A DNA stretch of 32,000 bases from Mycolicibacterium smegmatis. GTDB lineage: Bacteria > Actinomycetota > Actinomycetes > Mycobacteriales > Mycobacteriaceae. Numbering within the stretch: position 1 is the stretch's first letter; each line of letters opens with the position of its first letter. The stretch lies in assembly GCF_001457595.1 (NCBI RefSeq), contig NZ_LN831039.1, positions 1,710,001-1,742,000 of the forward strand, in the 5' to 3' direction. The notes under the pieces were generated by a model that did not search any database, was not told the origin of the DNA, and saw nothing but the letters and a program-made list of their open reading frames with translations. Below are positions 22,246 through 32,000 of this stretch, in pieces. A program made the position numbers and the translations under genes.

Positions 22246-24132
22246 ATGTGTGGAATCGTCGGCTACGTAGGGCACCGCCCGGCCCGCGGCATCGTGGTCG
22301 ACGCGCTGCGCCGGATGGAGTACCGCGGATACGACTCCGCGGGCATCGCCCTGATCGACGGCAACGGCGGGTTGACGGTCCGCCGCCGCGCCGGGCGGCT
22401 GGCCAACCTGGAGGCCGCGCTCGCCGAGACCGACAGCAACGACGGTGACGTCCTGGGCGGCAGCACCGGCCTGGGCCACACCCGCTGGGCCACCCACGGC
22501 AGGCCCACCGACCGCAACGCGCACCCGCACCGCGACGCCGCGGGCAAGATCGCCGTCGTCCACAACGGCATCATCGAGAACTTCGCGCCCCTGCGCGCCG
22601 AACTGGAGGCCGCGGGCGTCGAGTTCGCCAGCGACACCGACACCGAGGTCGCCGTGCACCTGGTGGCCCGCCAGTACACCCAGGGCGACACCGCGGGCGA
22701 TTTCCCCGCCTCCGTGCTCTCGGTGCTGCAACGGCTCGAAGGCCACTTCACGCTGGTGTTCGCCAGCGCCGACGATCCGGGGACGATCGTCGCCGCGCGC
22801 CGTTCGACGCCGCTGGTGCTCGGGATCGGCGACGGCGAGATGTTCGTCGGCTCCGACGTCGCGGCGTTCATCGAGCACACCCGCGACGCCGTCGAACTCG
22901 GACAGGACCAGGCCGTGGTCCTCACCGCCGACGGCTACCGGATCACCGACTTCGCGGGCAACGACCGTCTGGAGGCCGGCCTCGACTACCGCGAGTTCCA
23001 TATCGACTGGGACCTGAACGCCGCCGAAAAGGGTGGCTACGACTACTTCATGCTCAAGGAGATCGCCGAGCAGCCCTCTGCCGTCGCCGACACGCTGCTG
23101 GGGCACTTCGACAACAACCGCATCGTGCTCGACGAGCAACGCCTGAGCGATCAGGAACTCCGCGAGATCGACAAGGTCTTCATCGTCGCGTGCGGCACCG
23201 CCTACCACTCGGGACTGCTGGCCAAGTACGCCATCGAGCACTGGACGCGGTTGCCCGTCGAGGTCGAGCTCGCGAGCGAATTCCGTTACCGCGACCCGGT
23301 TCTGGACCGCAGCACGCTGGTGATCGCGATCTCGCAGTCCGGCGAGACCGCCGACACGCTCGAAGCTGTGCGCCACGCCAAGACGCAGAAGGCCAAGGTG
23401 TTGGCCATCTGCAACACCAACGGCAGCCAGATCCCGCGCGAGGCCGACGCCGTGCTCTACACGCGGGCCGGGCCGGAGATCGGCGTGGCCGCCACCAAGA
23501 CGTTCCTGGCGCAGATCGCGGCCAACTATCTCGTGGGGCTTGCGCTCGCACAGGCGCGCGGCACCAAGTACCCCGACGAGGTGGCCCGCGAGTACCGCGA
23601 GCTCGAAGCCATGCCGGACCTGATCAAACGTGTTCTGGCCGGGATGGATTCGGTGGCCGCGCTCGCCGAGCGCTTCGCGCCGTCGTCCACGGTGCTGTTC
23701 CTCGGGCGTCATGTCGGCTACCCGGTGGCGCTCGAAGGTGCGCTCAAGCTCAAGGAACTCGCGTACATGCACGCCGAGGGCTTCGCGGCCGGTGAGCTCA
23801 AGCACGGCCCCATCGCGCTGATCGACGAGAACCTCCCGGTCATCGTCGTGATGCCGTCGCCCAAGAACGCGGCGATGTTGCACGCCAAGCTGCTGTCCAA
23901 CATCCGCGAGATCCAGGCGCGCGGCGCGGTGACCGTGGTGATCGCCGAGGAGGACGACGACACGGTGCGGCCCTACGCCGATCACCTGATCGAGATCCCA
24001 TCGGTGTCAACGCTTTTCCAGCCGCTGCTGTCGACGATCCCGCTGCAGGTGTTCGCCGCGGGCGTGGCCCGTGCGCGCGGGTACGACGTCGACAAACCGC
24101 GCAACCTGGCGAAATCGGTCACGGTCGAATAA
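22246..24132 (+). CDS. glmS: Glutamine--fructose-6-phosphate aminotransferase (isomerizing)
   Basis: 628-aa ORF. MCGIVGYVG is the N-terminal nucleophile Cys2. It also has the SIS-domain motifs (SQSGETADT) and the C-terminal KPRNLAKSVTVE. Confidence 0.97.
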   Translation: MCGIVGYVGHRPARGIVVDALRRMEYRGYDSAGIALIDGNGGLTVRRRAGRLANLEAALAETDSNDGDVLGGSTGLGHTRWATHGRPTDRNAHPHRDAAGKIAVVHNGIIENFAPLRAELEAAGVEFASDTDTEVAVHLVARQYTQGDTAGDFPASVLSVLQRLEGHFTLVFASADDPGTIVAARRSTPLVLGIGDGEMFVGSDVAAFIEHTRDAVELGQDQAVVLTADGYRITDFAGNDRLEAGLDYREFHIDWDLNAAEKGGYDYFMLKEIAEQPSAVADTLLGHFDNNRIVLDEQRLSDQELREIDKVFIVACGTAYHSGLLAKYAIEHWTRLPVEVELASEFRYRDPVLDRSTLVIAISQSGETADTLEAVRHAKTQKAKVLAICNTNGSQIPREADAVLYTRAGPEIGVAATKTFLAQIAANYLVGLALAQARGTKYPDEVAREYRELEAMPDLIKRVLAGMDSVAALAERFAPSSTVLFLGRHVGYPVALEGALKLKELAYMHAEGFAAGELKHGPIALIDENLPVIVVMPSPKNAAMLHAKLLSNIREIQARGAVTVVIAEEDDDTVRPYADHLIEIPSVSTLFQPLLSTIPLQVFAAGVARARGYDVDKPRNLAKSVTVE

Positions 24133-24135
24133 CCC

Positions 24136-25074
24136 ATGGAGGTGGCCGTGCCGCAGGTCAACATCGCTTCGCGATGGAGCCGCGGCGGCCTCGGCGCGTT
24201 CGTGGGCGAGGCAGCGTTCGCCCACTACCTGGACGCCTACCGGGCCGGGATGGCGTTGCTGCCGCCATGCGAGACCTTCGACGTGCCAACCGCGTTCGGC
24301 ACTGTGCGTGCCTACCGGTTCGCCGGGCCCGAGTGTGGGGCGCCGGTGGTCCTGCTGCCGGGACGCAACGCGGCGGCGCCGATGTACGCCACCAATCTCA
24401 AGGCGCTGCTGCGCCACCGCACGGTCTATGCGGTCGACCTGCTCGGTGAGGCCGGTCTTTCGGTGCAGCACACCCCGATCCGCACGATCGAGGATCAGGC
24501 GCACTGGCTTGACGACGCGCTGGGCGGGCTCGGACTCGACCGTGCGCACCTGTTCGGGGTGTCGGTCGGCGGGTGGACCGCGGTCAATGCGGCCGTGCAC
24601 CGCCCCCGGCGTATCGCGTCGCTCACGCTGCTGGACCCGGTGTTCACGTTCGTGCGGATGCCGCTCGCACCCATCGCGGCCTCGGTCCTGATGTTCGCCC
24701 CCGGTGTGCCCGAGCGGTGGCGCCGTCGCGTGCAGAGCTGGATCGCCGGCGGGGCCGACCTCGATGCCGCCGCGCCCGAGGCCACGCTGATCGGGGCGGG
24801 AGCAACGGATTTCACGCTGCGCACCCCCATGCCCAAGCTGTTCACCGACGAGCAGTTGCGAGCGGTCGACCTCCCCGTGCTCGCACTGATCGCCGGACGC
24901 AGCGTCATGCTCGACCCGCAGCGGGCCGTCGCGCGCGCCCGGGCCCTGCTGCCACGCGGGCAGGTGGAACTGTGGCCGGACGCCTCGCACGCCATCAACG
25001 GCGAATATCCCGACGAGATCGCCGAGCGCGCCCGCCGCATGTGGGACCAGGTCGACGGCGTCCGCCGCGGGTGA
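24136..25074 (+). CDS. Alpha/beta hydrolase
   Basis: 312-aa ORF starting 3 nt after the glmS stop. It has VVLLPGRNAAAPMY, the nucleophile elbow GVSVGGW, and a C-terminal ..DASHAINGE.. (catalytic His context). Confidence 0.8.
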   Translation: MEVAVPQVNIASRWSRGGLGAFVGEAAFAHYLDAYRAGMALLPPCETFDVPTAFGTVRAYRFAGPECGAPVVLLPGRNAAAPMYATNLKALLRHRTVYAVDLLGEAGLSVQHTPIRTIEDQAHWLDDALGGLGLDRAHLFGVSVGGWTAVNAAVHRPRRIASLTLLDPVFTFVRMPLAPIAASVLMFAPGVPERWRRRVQSWIAGGADLDAAAPEATLIGAGATDFTLRTPMPKLFTDEQLRAVDLPVLALIAGRSVMLDPQRAVARARALLPRGQVELWPDASHAINGEYPDEIAERARRMWDQVDGVRRG

Positions 25075-25156
25075 ACTCATGGCGACTGTCCGCGAACAGT
25101 TCGACGCACGCTTCGAGTGCGAGCTCAAACTCTTGATTTCGGGTATTCGCCGCGAA

Positions 25157-25205
25157 CGTCGACTTCTGTGCGAGTTTTCGCCCGGATGTGAGCAACAAGC
25201 CCACG
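25157..25205. repeat. Degenerate third copy (C) of the palindromic repeat seen at 9871 and 10827
   Basis: CGTCGACTTCTGTGCGAG matches CGTTGGCTTGTGTGCGAG of copy B at 15/18 positions. The right arm TGAGCAACAAGCCCACG compares with TCGCACACAAGCCGACG. The same ..HKPT(F/L).. pseudo-peptide appears in spurious ORFs over all three copies. Confidence 0.55.
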
Positions 25206-25364
25206 TTCGGCGTTGACGCCCAGCCCCACGGCCAACCCGCACGCGATCAACCCCACGCCGCACCACACCGCCACGCCGGGGACGGCCCCCGTGAGCGGGA
25301 TACCGATGACCGCGGCGGCGACTCGTGCCACTCCCGTCAGCAGGCCGGCCCGCGGCGACGCCGC

Positions 25365-25773
25365 GAACTGCTCGCCTGGGACGGCGAACTGGTGATCGAG
25401 GACGACTACGACGCCGAATACCGCTACGACCGGGCACCCGTTCCGGCGCTGCATCCCTCGGCGCCCGAGCGCATCGCCTACGCGGGCAGCACCTCCAAGA
25501 CCCTGGCCCCGGCGTTGCGGCTGGGCTGGCTGGTCGCACCGCGGCCACATCCGGCTGGTCCGCGCCCGGCACCGCGCCAGGCGGGACGCGCTGCCCGCCG
25601 ACGTCGATGACGTGGCCCTGGCTGATGAACTGCGCCGCGCCGGTGTGTTGGTGCACCCATTGTCGTGGCATCGGCGGACACCCGGACCGCCCGGTCTGGT
25701 TCTCGGATATGCGTCGCATTCGCCGGACCGGTTACGCGAGGCGGGGTCGATCATCGCGCGGATCGCCGAGTGA
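25365..25773 (+). pseudogene. Remnant of a MocR/PdxR-type (GntR-fused) PLP aminotransferase-domain gene; 5' truncated, frameshifted and internally deleted
   Basis: Frame 0 reads ELLAWDGELVIEDDYDAEYRYDRAPVPALHPSAPERIAYAGSTSKTLAPALRLGWLVAP (the class-I aminotransferase/MocR core including the SK Lys motif). Homology then continues in frame +1 from about 25540: HIRLVRARHRARRDALPADVDDVALADELRRAGVLVHPLSWHRRTPGPPGLVLGYASHSPDRLREAGSIIARIAE* (stop 25771-25773). Only about 135 of an expected 450-500 codons remain, and there is no wHTH domain. Confidence 0.6.
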
Positions 25774-25853
25774 CGGCCACCAAATCCTGACCCCGGCGAA
25801 CGAACGCACGTAACCTGTTTGACGCGCGGACACGTCGAGCAGGATGGGAGCTG

Positions 25854-27266
25854 ATGCGGCACTACTACTCCGCCGACGCGATCCGTGAAGCCGAGGCGCC
25901 TCTGTTGGCAGCGCTGCCTGACGGAGCTCTGATGCGCCGCGCGGCCTACGGTCTGGCGACGGCGATCCTGCGGGAACTGTCCGCGCGCACGGGCGGGGTG
26001 GCCGGTCGCCGGGTGTGCGCCGTCGTGGGCTCGGGCGACAACGGGGGCGACGCGCTGTGGGCCGCGACGTTCCTGCGCCGCCGCGGCGCGGCCGCCGACG
26101 CGGTTCTGCTGAACCCCGAACGCACGCACGTCGCCGCGCTCACGGCGTTCCGCCGCGCGGGCGGGCAGATCGTGCAAACGGTCGACCCGGCAACCGATCT
26201 GGTGATCGACGGCGTGGTCGGCATCTCCGGGCGCGGACCGCTGCGGCCCAATGCGGCCGAGGTCTTCGCGAGCACCGACGCGCCCGTCGTCGCCGTCGAC
26301 ATCCCCAGCGGCATCGACGTGCACACCGGCGCCACCGACGGCCCGCACGTGCGCGCCGCGCTCACCGTTACCTTCGGCGCGCTCAAGCCCGTGCACGCGC
26401 TGGGTGAATGCGGGCGCGTCGAGTTGATCGACATCGGACTCGACCTGGCGCCCACCGATCTGGCGTCGTTCGAGGCCGCCGACGTGCGGGCGCTGTGGCC
26501 GGTGCCCGGCCGGCGCGACGACAAGTACACACAGGGCGTCACGGGCGTGCTGTCCGGTTCGGCGACCTACCCGGGCGCCGCGGTGCTCAGCACCGGCGCG
26601 GCCGTCGCGGCGACGTCGGGCATGGTGCGCTACGCGGGCAGTGCCGCGCAGCAGGTGCTCGCGCACTGGCCCGAGGTGATCGCCTCGTCCACCCCGCAGG
26701 AGGCGGGTCGCGTGCAGGCCTGGGTGGTCGGCCCCGGCCTGGGCACCGACGACACCGCGAAGGCCGCACTGCGGTTCGCGCTGCAGACCGATCTGCCCGT
26801 GATCGTCGACGCCGACGCGCTCACGATGCTGGCCGCCGATCCCGCACCGGTGACCGGGCGCAGCGCGCCGACGGTACTCACCCCGCACGCGGGCGAGTTC
26901 GCCCGCCTGGCCGGCGCACCGCCGGGCACCGACCGCGTCGCCGCGGCCCGCGAACTCGCCGAGCGCCTGGGCGTGACGCTGCTGCTCAAAGGCAATGTCA
27001 CGGTGATCGCCACCCCCGGCGCCACGACGTACCTGAACCCCGCCGGGCAGTCCTGGGCCGCGACCGCAGGTTCCGGGGACGTGCTGTCGGGCATCATCGG
27101 CGCGCTGCTGGCGTCCGGCCTGCCGCCGGGAGAGGCCGCCGCGGCCGCGGCATTCGTGCACGCGCGCGCGGCCAACCTGTCCGCGGCCGACGCCGGGCCG
27201 CGCCCGGTACCGACATCGGCTTCACGCATACTCGGACAAGTTCGGGCCGCGATCGCGGCCCTGTGA
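25854..27266 (+). CDS. nnr: Bifunctional NAD(P)H-hydrate repair enzyme (ADP-dependent dehydratase / epimerase)
   Basis: 470-aa ORF with RBS GGGAG. The N-terminal YjeF_N part reads VVGSGDNGGDALWAA. The C-terminal carbohydrate-kinase part reads DDKYTQGVTGVLSGSATYPGAAVL...GPGLG...TPHAGEFARL...LLKG..T.I...GSGDVLSGIIGALLA. Confidence 0.9.
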   Translation: MRHYYSADAIREAEAPLLAALPDGALMRRAAYGLATAILRELSARTGGVAGRRVCAVVGSGDNGGDALWAATFLRRRGAAADAVLLNPERTHVAALTAFRRAGGQIVQTVDPATDLVIDGVVGISGRGPLRPNAAEVFASTDAPVVAVDIPSGIDVHTGATDGPHVRAALTVTFGALKPVHALGECGRVELIDIGLDLAPTDLASFEAADVRALWPVPGRRDDKYTQGVTGVLSGSATYPGAAVLSTGAAVAATSGMVRYAGSAAQQVLAHWPEVIASSTPQEAGRVQAWVVGPGLGTDDTAKAALRFALQTDLPVIVDADALTMLAADPAPVTGRSAPTVLTPHAGEFARLAGAPPGTDRVAAARELAERLGVTLLLKGNVTVIATPGATTYLNPAGQSWAATAGSGDVLSGIIGALLASGLPPGEAAAAAAFVHARAANLSAADAGPRPVPTSASRILGQVRAAIAAL

Positions 27267-27286
27267 GCACCTCGAAAGGAAACTTC

Positions 27287-28666
27287 ATGTCGCACAAGCA
27301 GAGTCGCGGTCCGCACGTCGCGCCGGCGTACACCGGACGGTTGGCCATGGCGCCCGTGCCGTCGCTGCGCCTGCCCGACGAGGCCATGGACCCGTCCGCG
27401 GCATACCGGTTCATCCACGACGAGTTGATGCTCGACGGCAGCTCGCGGCTGAACCTCGCGACGTTCGTGACGACGTGGATGGACCCCGAGGCCGAGAAGC
27501 TCATGGCCGAGACGTTCGACAAGAACATGATCGACAAGGACGAGTACCCGGCCACCGCGGCCATCGAGGCCCGCTGCGTGTCGATGGTGGCCGACCTGTT
27601 CCACGCCGAGGATCTGCGCGACGACGACCCGGCGAGCGCCGTCGGGGTGTCGACGATCGGGTCCAGCGAGGCCGTGATGCTGGCCGGGCTGGCGATGAAA
27701 TGGCGCTGGCGCGCCAAGGCCGGCGACTGGAAGGGACGCACGCCGAACCTGGTGATGGGCGCCAACGTCCAGGTGGTGTGGGAGAAGTTCTGCCGCTACT
27801 TCGACGTCGAACCCCGCTACCTGCCGATGGCCGAGGGCCGCTACGTCATCACGCCCGAGCAGGTTCTCGACGCCGTCGACGAGGACACCATCGGCGTCGT
27901 GGCGATCCTGGGCACCACCTACACCGGCGAGCTGGAACCGGTCGCCGAGATCTGCGAGGCGCTGGACAAGCTCGCCGCGGGCGGCGGGGTGGACGTGCCG
28001 GTGCACGTCGACGCGGCCAGCGGCGGGTTCGTCGTGCCGTTCATCCATCCCGACCTGGTGTGGGACTTCCGGCTGCCCCGCGTGGTGTCGATCAACGTCA
28101 GCGGCCACAAGTACGGCCTGACGTACCCGGGTGTCGGGTTCGTGGTGTGGCGCAACAAAGAGCACCTGCCTGAGGAGCTGGTGTTCCGGGTCAACTACCT
28201 CGGCGGCGACATGCCGACGTTCACGCTGAACTTCTCGCGGCCCGGCAACCAGGTGGTGGGGCAGTACTACAACTTCCTGCGGCTGGGGCGCGCCGGGTAC
28301 ACCCAGGTGATGCAGTGCCTGTCGCAGACCGCCCGGTGGCTGGGCGACGAGCTGCGCGACAGCGAGCATTTCGAGCTGATCTCCGACGGTTCGGCCATCC
28401 CGGTCGTGGCGTTCCGTCTCAAGGGCGATCCGGGTTACACCGAGTTCGACATCTCGCAGGCACTGCGGGCGCACGGCTGGCAGGTGCCCGCGTACACCAT
28501 GCCCGAGGGCGCCGAAGACGTCGTGGTGCTGCGTGTGGTGGTCCGTGAGGGGTTCTCCGCCGACCTCGCGCGGGCGCTCAAGGACGACATCATCACGGTG
28601 CTGGGCCAGCTCGACGCGCTCAAACCGCGCGGGCAGTTCGACCAGCTCCAGCCTTTCGCGCATTAG
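27287..28666 (+). CDS. gadB: Glutamate decarboxylase (PLP-dependent)
   Basis: In-frame part of ORF 26408..28666; ATG at 27287 follows [54 protein letters not shown] and [22 protein letters not shown] (PLP Lys) are canonical GAD. 459 aa. The upstream 293 codons of the ORF overlap nnr out of frame and are Arg/Pro junk. Confidence 0.93.
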   Translation: MSHKQSRGPHVAPAYTGRLAMAPVPSLRLPDEAMDPSAAYRFIHDELMLDGSSRLNLATFVTTWMDPEAEKLMAETFDKNMIDKDEYPATAAIEARCVSMVADLFHAEDLRDDDPASAVGVSTIGSSEAVMLAGLAMKWRWRAKAGDWKGRTPNLVMGANVQVVWEKFCRYFDVEPRYLPMAEGRYVITPEQVLDAVDEDTIGVVAILGTTYTGELEPVAEICEALDKLAAGGGVDVPVHVDAASGGFVVPFIHPDLVWDFRLPRVVSINVSGHKYGLTYPGVGFVVWRNKEHLPEELVFRVNYLGGDMPTFTLNFSRPGNQVVGQYYNFLRLGRAGYTQVMQCLSQTARWLGDELRDSEHFELISDGSAIPVVAFRLKGDPGYTEFDISQALRAHGWQVPAYTMPEGAEDVVVLRVVVREGFSADLARALKDDIITVLGQLDALKPRGQFDQLQPFAH

Positions 28667-28715
28667 CCCAGCACTGGGCGGTCTGCGGCCTCTGGGACAA
28701 TGGGCGCCGGAGATT

Positions 28716-29891
28716 ATGACGATGCAGACCACCGAGCCCATGACACCGCCTGCGCCACTGGCGTCGGCGCAGGCCGTGATCGATCTGGGCGCCATCGACC
28801 ACAACGTGCGCGTGCTGCGCGAACTCGCCGGTTCCGCGGACGTGATGGCGGTGGTCAAGGCCGACGCCTACGGACACGGGGCGCTCCCGGTGGCCCGCAC
28901 CGCGCTGGCCGCCGGGGCCGCCGCTCTCGGCGTCGCGACCATCCCCGAGGCGCTCGCGCTGCGTGAGGGCGGCATCACGGCGCCGGTCCTGGCGTGGCTG
29001 CATACGCCCGGCACCGACTTCGCCCCGGCGATCGCCGCCGACATCGAGGTCGCCGTGTCGTCACGCCGCCAACTCGAACAGGTGACGGCGGCCGCGGCCG
29101 AGGTCGGCCGCACCGCGACGGTGACCGTCAAGGTCGATACCGGGCTCAGCCGCAACGGCGTCAGGGCTGCCGACTATCCCGAGGTGCTCGACGTCCTGCG
29201 CCGCGCGCAGGCCGACGGCGTAATCCGGGTGCGCGGTCTGATGAGCCACCTGGTGCACGGCGACGAACCGGACAACCCGTTCAACGGTCTGCAAGGACAG
29301 CGACTGTCCGACCTGCGTGCCCATGCGCGCGAGCACGGCGTCGACTACGAGGTGGCGCACCTGTGCAACTCGCCTGCGGCCATGACCAGGCCCGACCTGG
29401 CGTTCGAGATGGTGCGCCCCGGCATCGCGCTGTACGGGCTCAGCCCCATCCCCGAGCGCGGCGACATGGGCCTGCGGCCCGCGATGACCTTGAAATGCCC
29501 AGTCGCGCTTGTTCGCTCCGTGCACGCCGGGGATGGGGTGTCGTACGGGCACCGGTGGGTCGCCGACCGCGACACCACGCTGGCGCTGCTGCCCATCGGT
29601 TACGCCGACGGTGTGTACCGCGCACTGAGCGGACGCATCGACGTTCTGATCAGGGGCAGGCGCAGGCGCGCCGTCGGCCGGATCTGCATGGACCAGTTCG
29701 TGGTCGACCTCGGGCCCGATGCAAACGACGTGGCCGTGGGCGACGAGGCCATCCTGTTCGGTCCGGGCACCCGCGGTGAACCGACCGCGCAGGACTGGGC
29801 CGAACTGCTCGACACCATCCACTACGAGGTCGTCACGAGCCCGCGCGGACGCGTCACCCGTACGTACCTTCCGGCAGGACAACAAGATTGA
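28716..29891 (+). CDS. alr: Alanine racemase
   Basis: In-frame part of ORF 28533..29891; ATG at 28716 follows [38 protein letters not shown] (PLP Lys in VKADAYGHG) and ..[13 protein letters not shown].. are canonical Alr and closely parallel M. tuberculosis Alr as I remember it. Confidence 0.93.
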   Translation: MTMQTTEPMTPPAPLASAQAVIDLGAIDHNVRVLRELAGSADVMAVVKADAYGHGALPVARTALAAGAAALGVATIPEALALREGGITAPVLAWLHTPGTDFAPAIAADIEVAVSSRRQLEQVTAAAAEVGRTATVTVKVDTGLSRNGVRAADYPEVLDVLRRAQADGVIRVRGLMSHLVHGDEPDNPFNGLQGQRLSDLRAHAREHGVDYEVAHLCNSPAAMTRPDLAFEMVRPGIALYGLSPIPERGDMGLRPAMTLKCPVALVRSVHAGDGVSYGHRWVADRDTTLALLPIGYADGVYRALSGRIDVLIRGRRRRAVGRICMDQFVVDLGPDANDVAVGDEAILFGPGTRGEPTAQDWAELLDTIHYEVVTSPRGRVTRTYLPAGQQD

Positions 29892-30973
29892 GCAGCGTGC
29901 GATGGCTTGCCGGCGTGGCCGGGCTGGCCGCTGTCGGCACCGTGGCAGGTGTGTCGATCGCGCGCTCGCTCACCTTGCGGGTGAGCAAGGAAGACCCCTA
30001 CGCCGGTGAGGATTTCGAGCTGCTCGACGCCGATCGCAGCTCGGTGATCACCACCGACGACGGCGTGCCGCTCGCGGTGCGCGAGGTGGGCCCGAAGGAC
30101 GCCAAGTTGACCGTGGTGTTCGCGCACGGATTCTGCCTGCGCATGAGCGCCTTTCATTTCCAGCGGGCCCGCCTGGCCGAGCAGTGGGGCGATCAGGTGC
30201 GCATGGTGTTCTACGACCAGCGCGGTCACGGCCGCTCCGGGGAGGCACCGCCCGACACCTACACCGTCGAACAACTCGGGCGGGACCTGGAATCCGTTCT
30301 GGCCGTGACGGCCCCGCGCGGACCGGTGGTGCTGGTGGGCCATTCGATGGGCGGTATGACGGTGCTGTCGCACGCCCGGCAGTTCCCGCAGCGCTACCCG
30401 GCGCGCATCGTCGGCGCTGCGCTCATCTCGTCGGCGGCCGAGGGCGTCGACCGCTCCCCACTGGGCGAGATCCTGCGCAACCCGGCGCTGGAGGCCGTGC
30501 GGTTCTCTGCGCGTTATGCGCCGAAACTCGTGCACCGCACACGTGGTGCGGCGCGCTCGCTGATCGCGCCGATCCTGCAGGCGGGGTCGTTCGGCGACGA
30601 ACAGGTGAGCCCGAGTGTCGCGGCGTTCGCCGCGGACATGATGCACGGCACGCCGATCCCGACGCTCGTGGAGTTCCTGCACGCGCTCGAGGTGCACGAC
30701 GAGACCGCGGCGCTCGACGTGCTGGCCGGGGTGCCGACGTTGATCGCGTGCGGTGACCGTGACCTGCTCACCCCGGTGGAATACTCCAGGGAAATGGCCG
30801 AGCGGTTGCCGAAATCCGAACTGGTGGTCGTCGGGGGAGCGGGACACCTGGTGCAGCTTGAGGAGCCTGAAGTGATCAACGACGCGCTGATACGTCTGGT
30901 CGAGCGCGCGACCCCGTCGAAACTCGTCGCGCTGGCGCGCCGGGTGCGCAACCGGGTACGGCCCCATGGGTGA
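29888..30973 (+). CDS. Membrane-anchored alpha/beta hydrolase (start TTG 29888 overlapping the alr stop, or GTG 29897)
   Basis: 361-aa ORF. It has an N-terminal hydrophobic segment [37 protein letters not shown], the nucleophile elbow VGHSMGGM, and the late [13 protein letters not shown] (His). Confidence 0.8.
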   Translation: MSSVRWLAGVAGLAAVGTVAGVSIARSLTLRVSKEDPYAGEDFELLDADRSSVITTDDGVPLAVREVGPKDAKLTVVFAHGFCLRMSAFHFQRARLAEQWGDQVRMVFYDQRGHGRSGEAPPDTYTVEQLGRDLESVLAVTAPRGPVVLVGHSMGGMTVLSHARQFPQRYPARIVGAALISSAAEGVDRSPLGEILRNPALEAVRFSARYAPKLVHRTRGAARSLIAPILQAGSFGDEQVSPSVAAFAADMMHGTPIPTLVEFLHALEVHDETAALDVLAGVPTLIACGDRDLLTPVEYSREMAERLPKSELVVVGGAGHLVQLEEPEVINDALIRLVERATPSKLVALARRVRNRVRPHG

Positions 30974-31433
30974 GCGGGTGGACGGGACAGCGCGGCCGGC
31001 CACCGCGGAGGACACCATCGCGCTGGGCGCGCAGTTGGGTGCCCACCTGAAAGCCGGTGACGTGGTGGTGCTGTCCGGACCGCTCGGAGCGGGAAAGACC
31101 GTGCTGGCCAAGGGAATCGCACAAGCAATGGATGTCGAGGGCCCGGTGGTGTCACCGACGTTCGTACTGGCGCGCGTGCACCGGGCCCGCCAGGCGGACC
31201 GGCCCGCCATGGTGCACGTCGACATGTACCGGCTGCTCGACGAGCCCGGCGCCGATCTGCTCGGTGAACTCGACGCGCTGGACCTCGACACCGACCTCGA
31301 GGACGCCGTCGTGGTGGTCGAGTGGGGCGAAGGCCTGGCCGAACGCCTGTCCGACAGCCACCTCGACATCCACATCGACCGCGGATCCGACACCGAGACC
31401 CGCACTGTGACCTGGCATTGGAGCCGGACGTGA
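30966..31433 (+). CDS. tsaE: tRNA t6A37 threonylcarbamoyl-transfer ATPase TsaE
   Basis: 155-aa ORF. It has Walker A (LSGPLGAGKTVLAKGIA), SPTFVL, HVDMYRL and VVVEWGE, all TsaE/YjeE hallmarks. It overlaps the preceding gene by 8 nt. Confidence 0.9.
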   Translation: MGERVDGTARPATAEDTIALGAQLGAHLKAGDVVVLSGPLGAGKTVLAKGIAQAMDVEGPVVSPTFVLARVHRARQADRPAMVHVDMYRLLDEPGADLLGELDALDLDTDLEDAVVVVEWGEGLAERLSDSHLDIHIDRGSDTETRTVTWHWSRT

Positions 31434-32000
31434 CGCGCACCGTCCTGACCATCGACACCGCGACCCCCGCCGTGAGCGCAGGCGTGGTGCGTCTGAGCGA
31501 CGGCGAGGCGCCCGCGACGCTCGCCGAACGCGTGACCATCGACGCGCGGGCACACGCCGAGCAGTTGACGCCCAACATCGTCGCCGCGCTGGGTGACGCC
31601 GGGATCACCGCGGGCGATCTCGACGCCGTTGTCGTGGGATGCGGGCCCGGCCCGTTCACCGGCCTGCGCGTCGGTATGGCCAGCGCCGCGGCGTTCGCGC
31701 ATGCCATCGGGGTCCCGGTGCACGGTGTGTGCAGCCTCGACGCGATCGGCGGAGACACCCGCGGCGACGTCCTCGTCGTCACCGACGCGCGCCGCCGCGA
31801 GGTGTACTGGGCGCGGTATCACGACGGCGCGCGCGTGGCGGGCCCGTCGGTGAACGCGCCCGCCGATGTACCCGCGCTGCTGGACGCGCCCGTCGCCGCG
31901 GTCGCCGGATCACCTGCCCACACCGCGTTGTTCGACCTGCCGGTACTGGAGCAGGTGTACCCGACGCCGGCCGGGCTGGTCGCTGCGGTCGCCGACTGGG
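31430..32000 (+). CDS. tsaB: tRNA t6A37 protein TsaB (5' part; continues beyond the window)
   Basis: GTG 31430 overlaps the tsaE stop (GTGA). My translation is VTRTVLTIDTATPAVSAGVV...DAVVVGCGPGPFTGLRVGMASAAAFAHAIGVPVHGVCSLDA, with GPGxFTGLRxG as the TsaB signature. It is not in the ORF track because it is open at the window end. Confidence 0.85.
   Translation, partial: MTRTVLTIDTATPAVSAGVVRLSDGEAPATLAERVTIDARAHAEQLTPNIVAALGDAGITAGDLDAVVVGCGPGPFTGLRVGMASAAAFAHAIGVPVHGVCSLDAIGGDTRGDVLVVTDARRREVYWARYHDGARVAGPSVNAPADVPALLDAPVAAVAGSPAHTALFDLPVLEQVYPTPAGLVAAVADW

Noticed and set aside
25079-25215. Short + strand ORF MATVREQFDARFECELKLLISGIRRERRLLCEFSPGCEQQAHVRR starting 4 nt after the hydrolase stop
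   Set aside because: About 45 codons with no recognisable motif, and its 3' half is simply the translated palindromic repeat copy C. It is most likely non-coding.
26408-27286. N-terminal 293 codons of the 752-aa ORF that ends as gadB
   Set aside because: This part overlaps nnr in another frame and is Arg/Pro/Gly junk. The glutamate decarboxylase homology starts at MSHKQSRGP (ATG 27287), just after the nnr stop and a purine-rich RBS.

Overview
High-GC actinobacterial chromosome segment. The gene order rplM-rpsI-glmM ... glmS ... nnr-gadB-alr-tsaE-tsaB resembles the Mycobacterium tuberculosis Rv3443c-Rv3421c region (from memory), and the extra genes suggest a fast-growing Mycobacterium/Mycolicibacterium. 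Left third (1-9856): an accessory catabolic block holding two adenosylcobalamin (AdoCbl)-dependent enzyme systems back to back. The first is a glycerol/diol dehydratase with subunits in the unusual order gamma-alpha-beta plus a two-subunit reactivase. The second is a translationally coupled ethanolamine permease-eutB-eutC unit. I see no microcompartment shell, aldehyde dehydrogenase, adenosyltransferase, eutA or regulator genes in the block. A divergent FhuF-like 2Fe-2S gene and a GlcG/DUF336 gene fragment sit upstream. Between eutC and rplM lies a single DUF559/Vsr-fold gene bracketed by two copies of a palindromic repeat; a degenerate third copy sits in a gene-decay zone at about 25.1-25.8 kb. 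Middle and right: conserved housekeeping genes (rplM, rpsI, glmM, glmS, nnr, gadB, alr, tsaE, tsaB). They are interrupted by lineage-specific material: a small acidic secreted protein behind a long structured leader; an EspC-like 102-aa protein plus a 474-aa Ala/Pro/acid-rich protein that carry complementary YxxxD and WxG motifs (candidate type VII secretion substrate pair); a LysR / atypical SDR / carotenoid-oxygenase / TetR / F420-type LLM block; and three alpha/beta-hydrolase-fold genes, one lacking the nucleophile serine. I recognised no tRNA, rRNA, CRISPR array or IS element. Most remaining long ORFs in the track are antisense or out-of-frame shadows typical of high-GC DNA. All calls rest on reading translations and motifs by eye; no database search was run.
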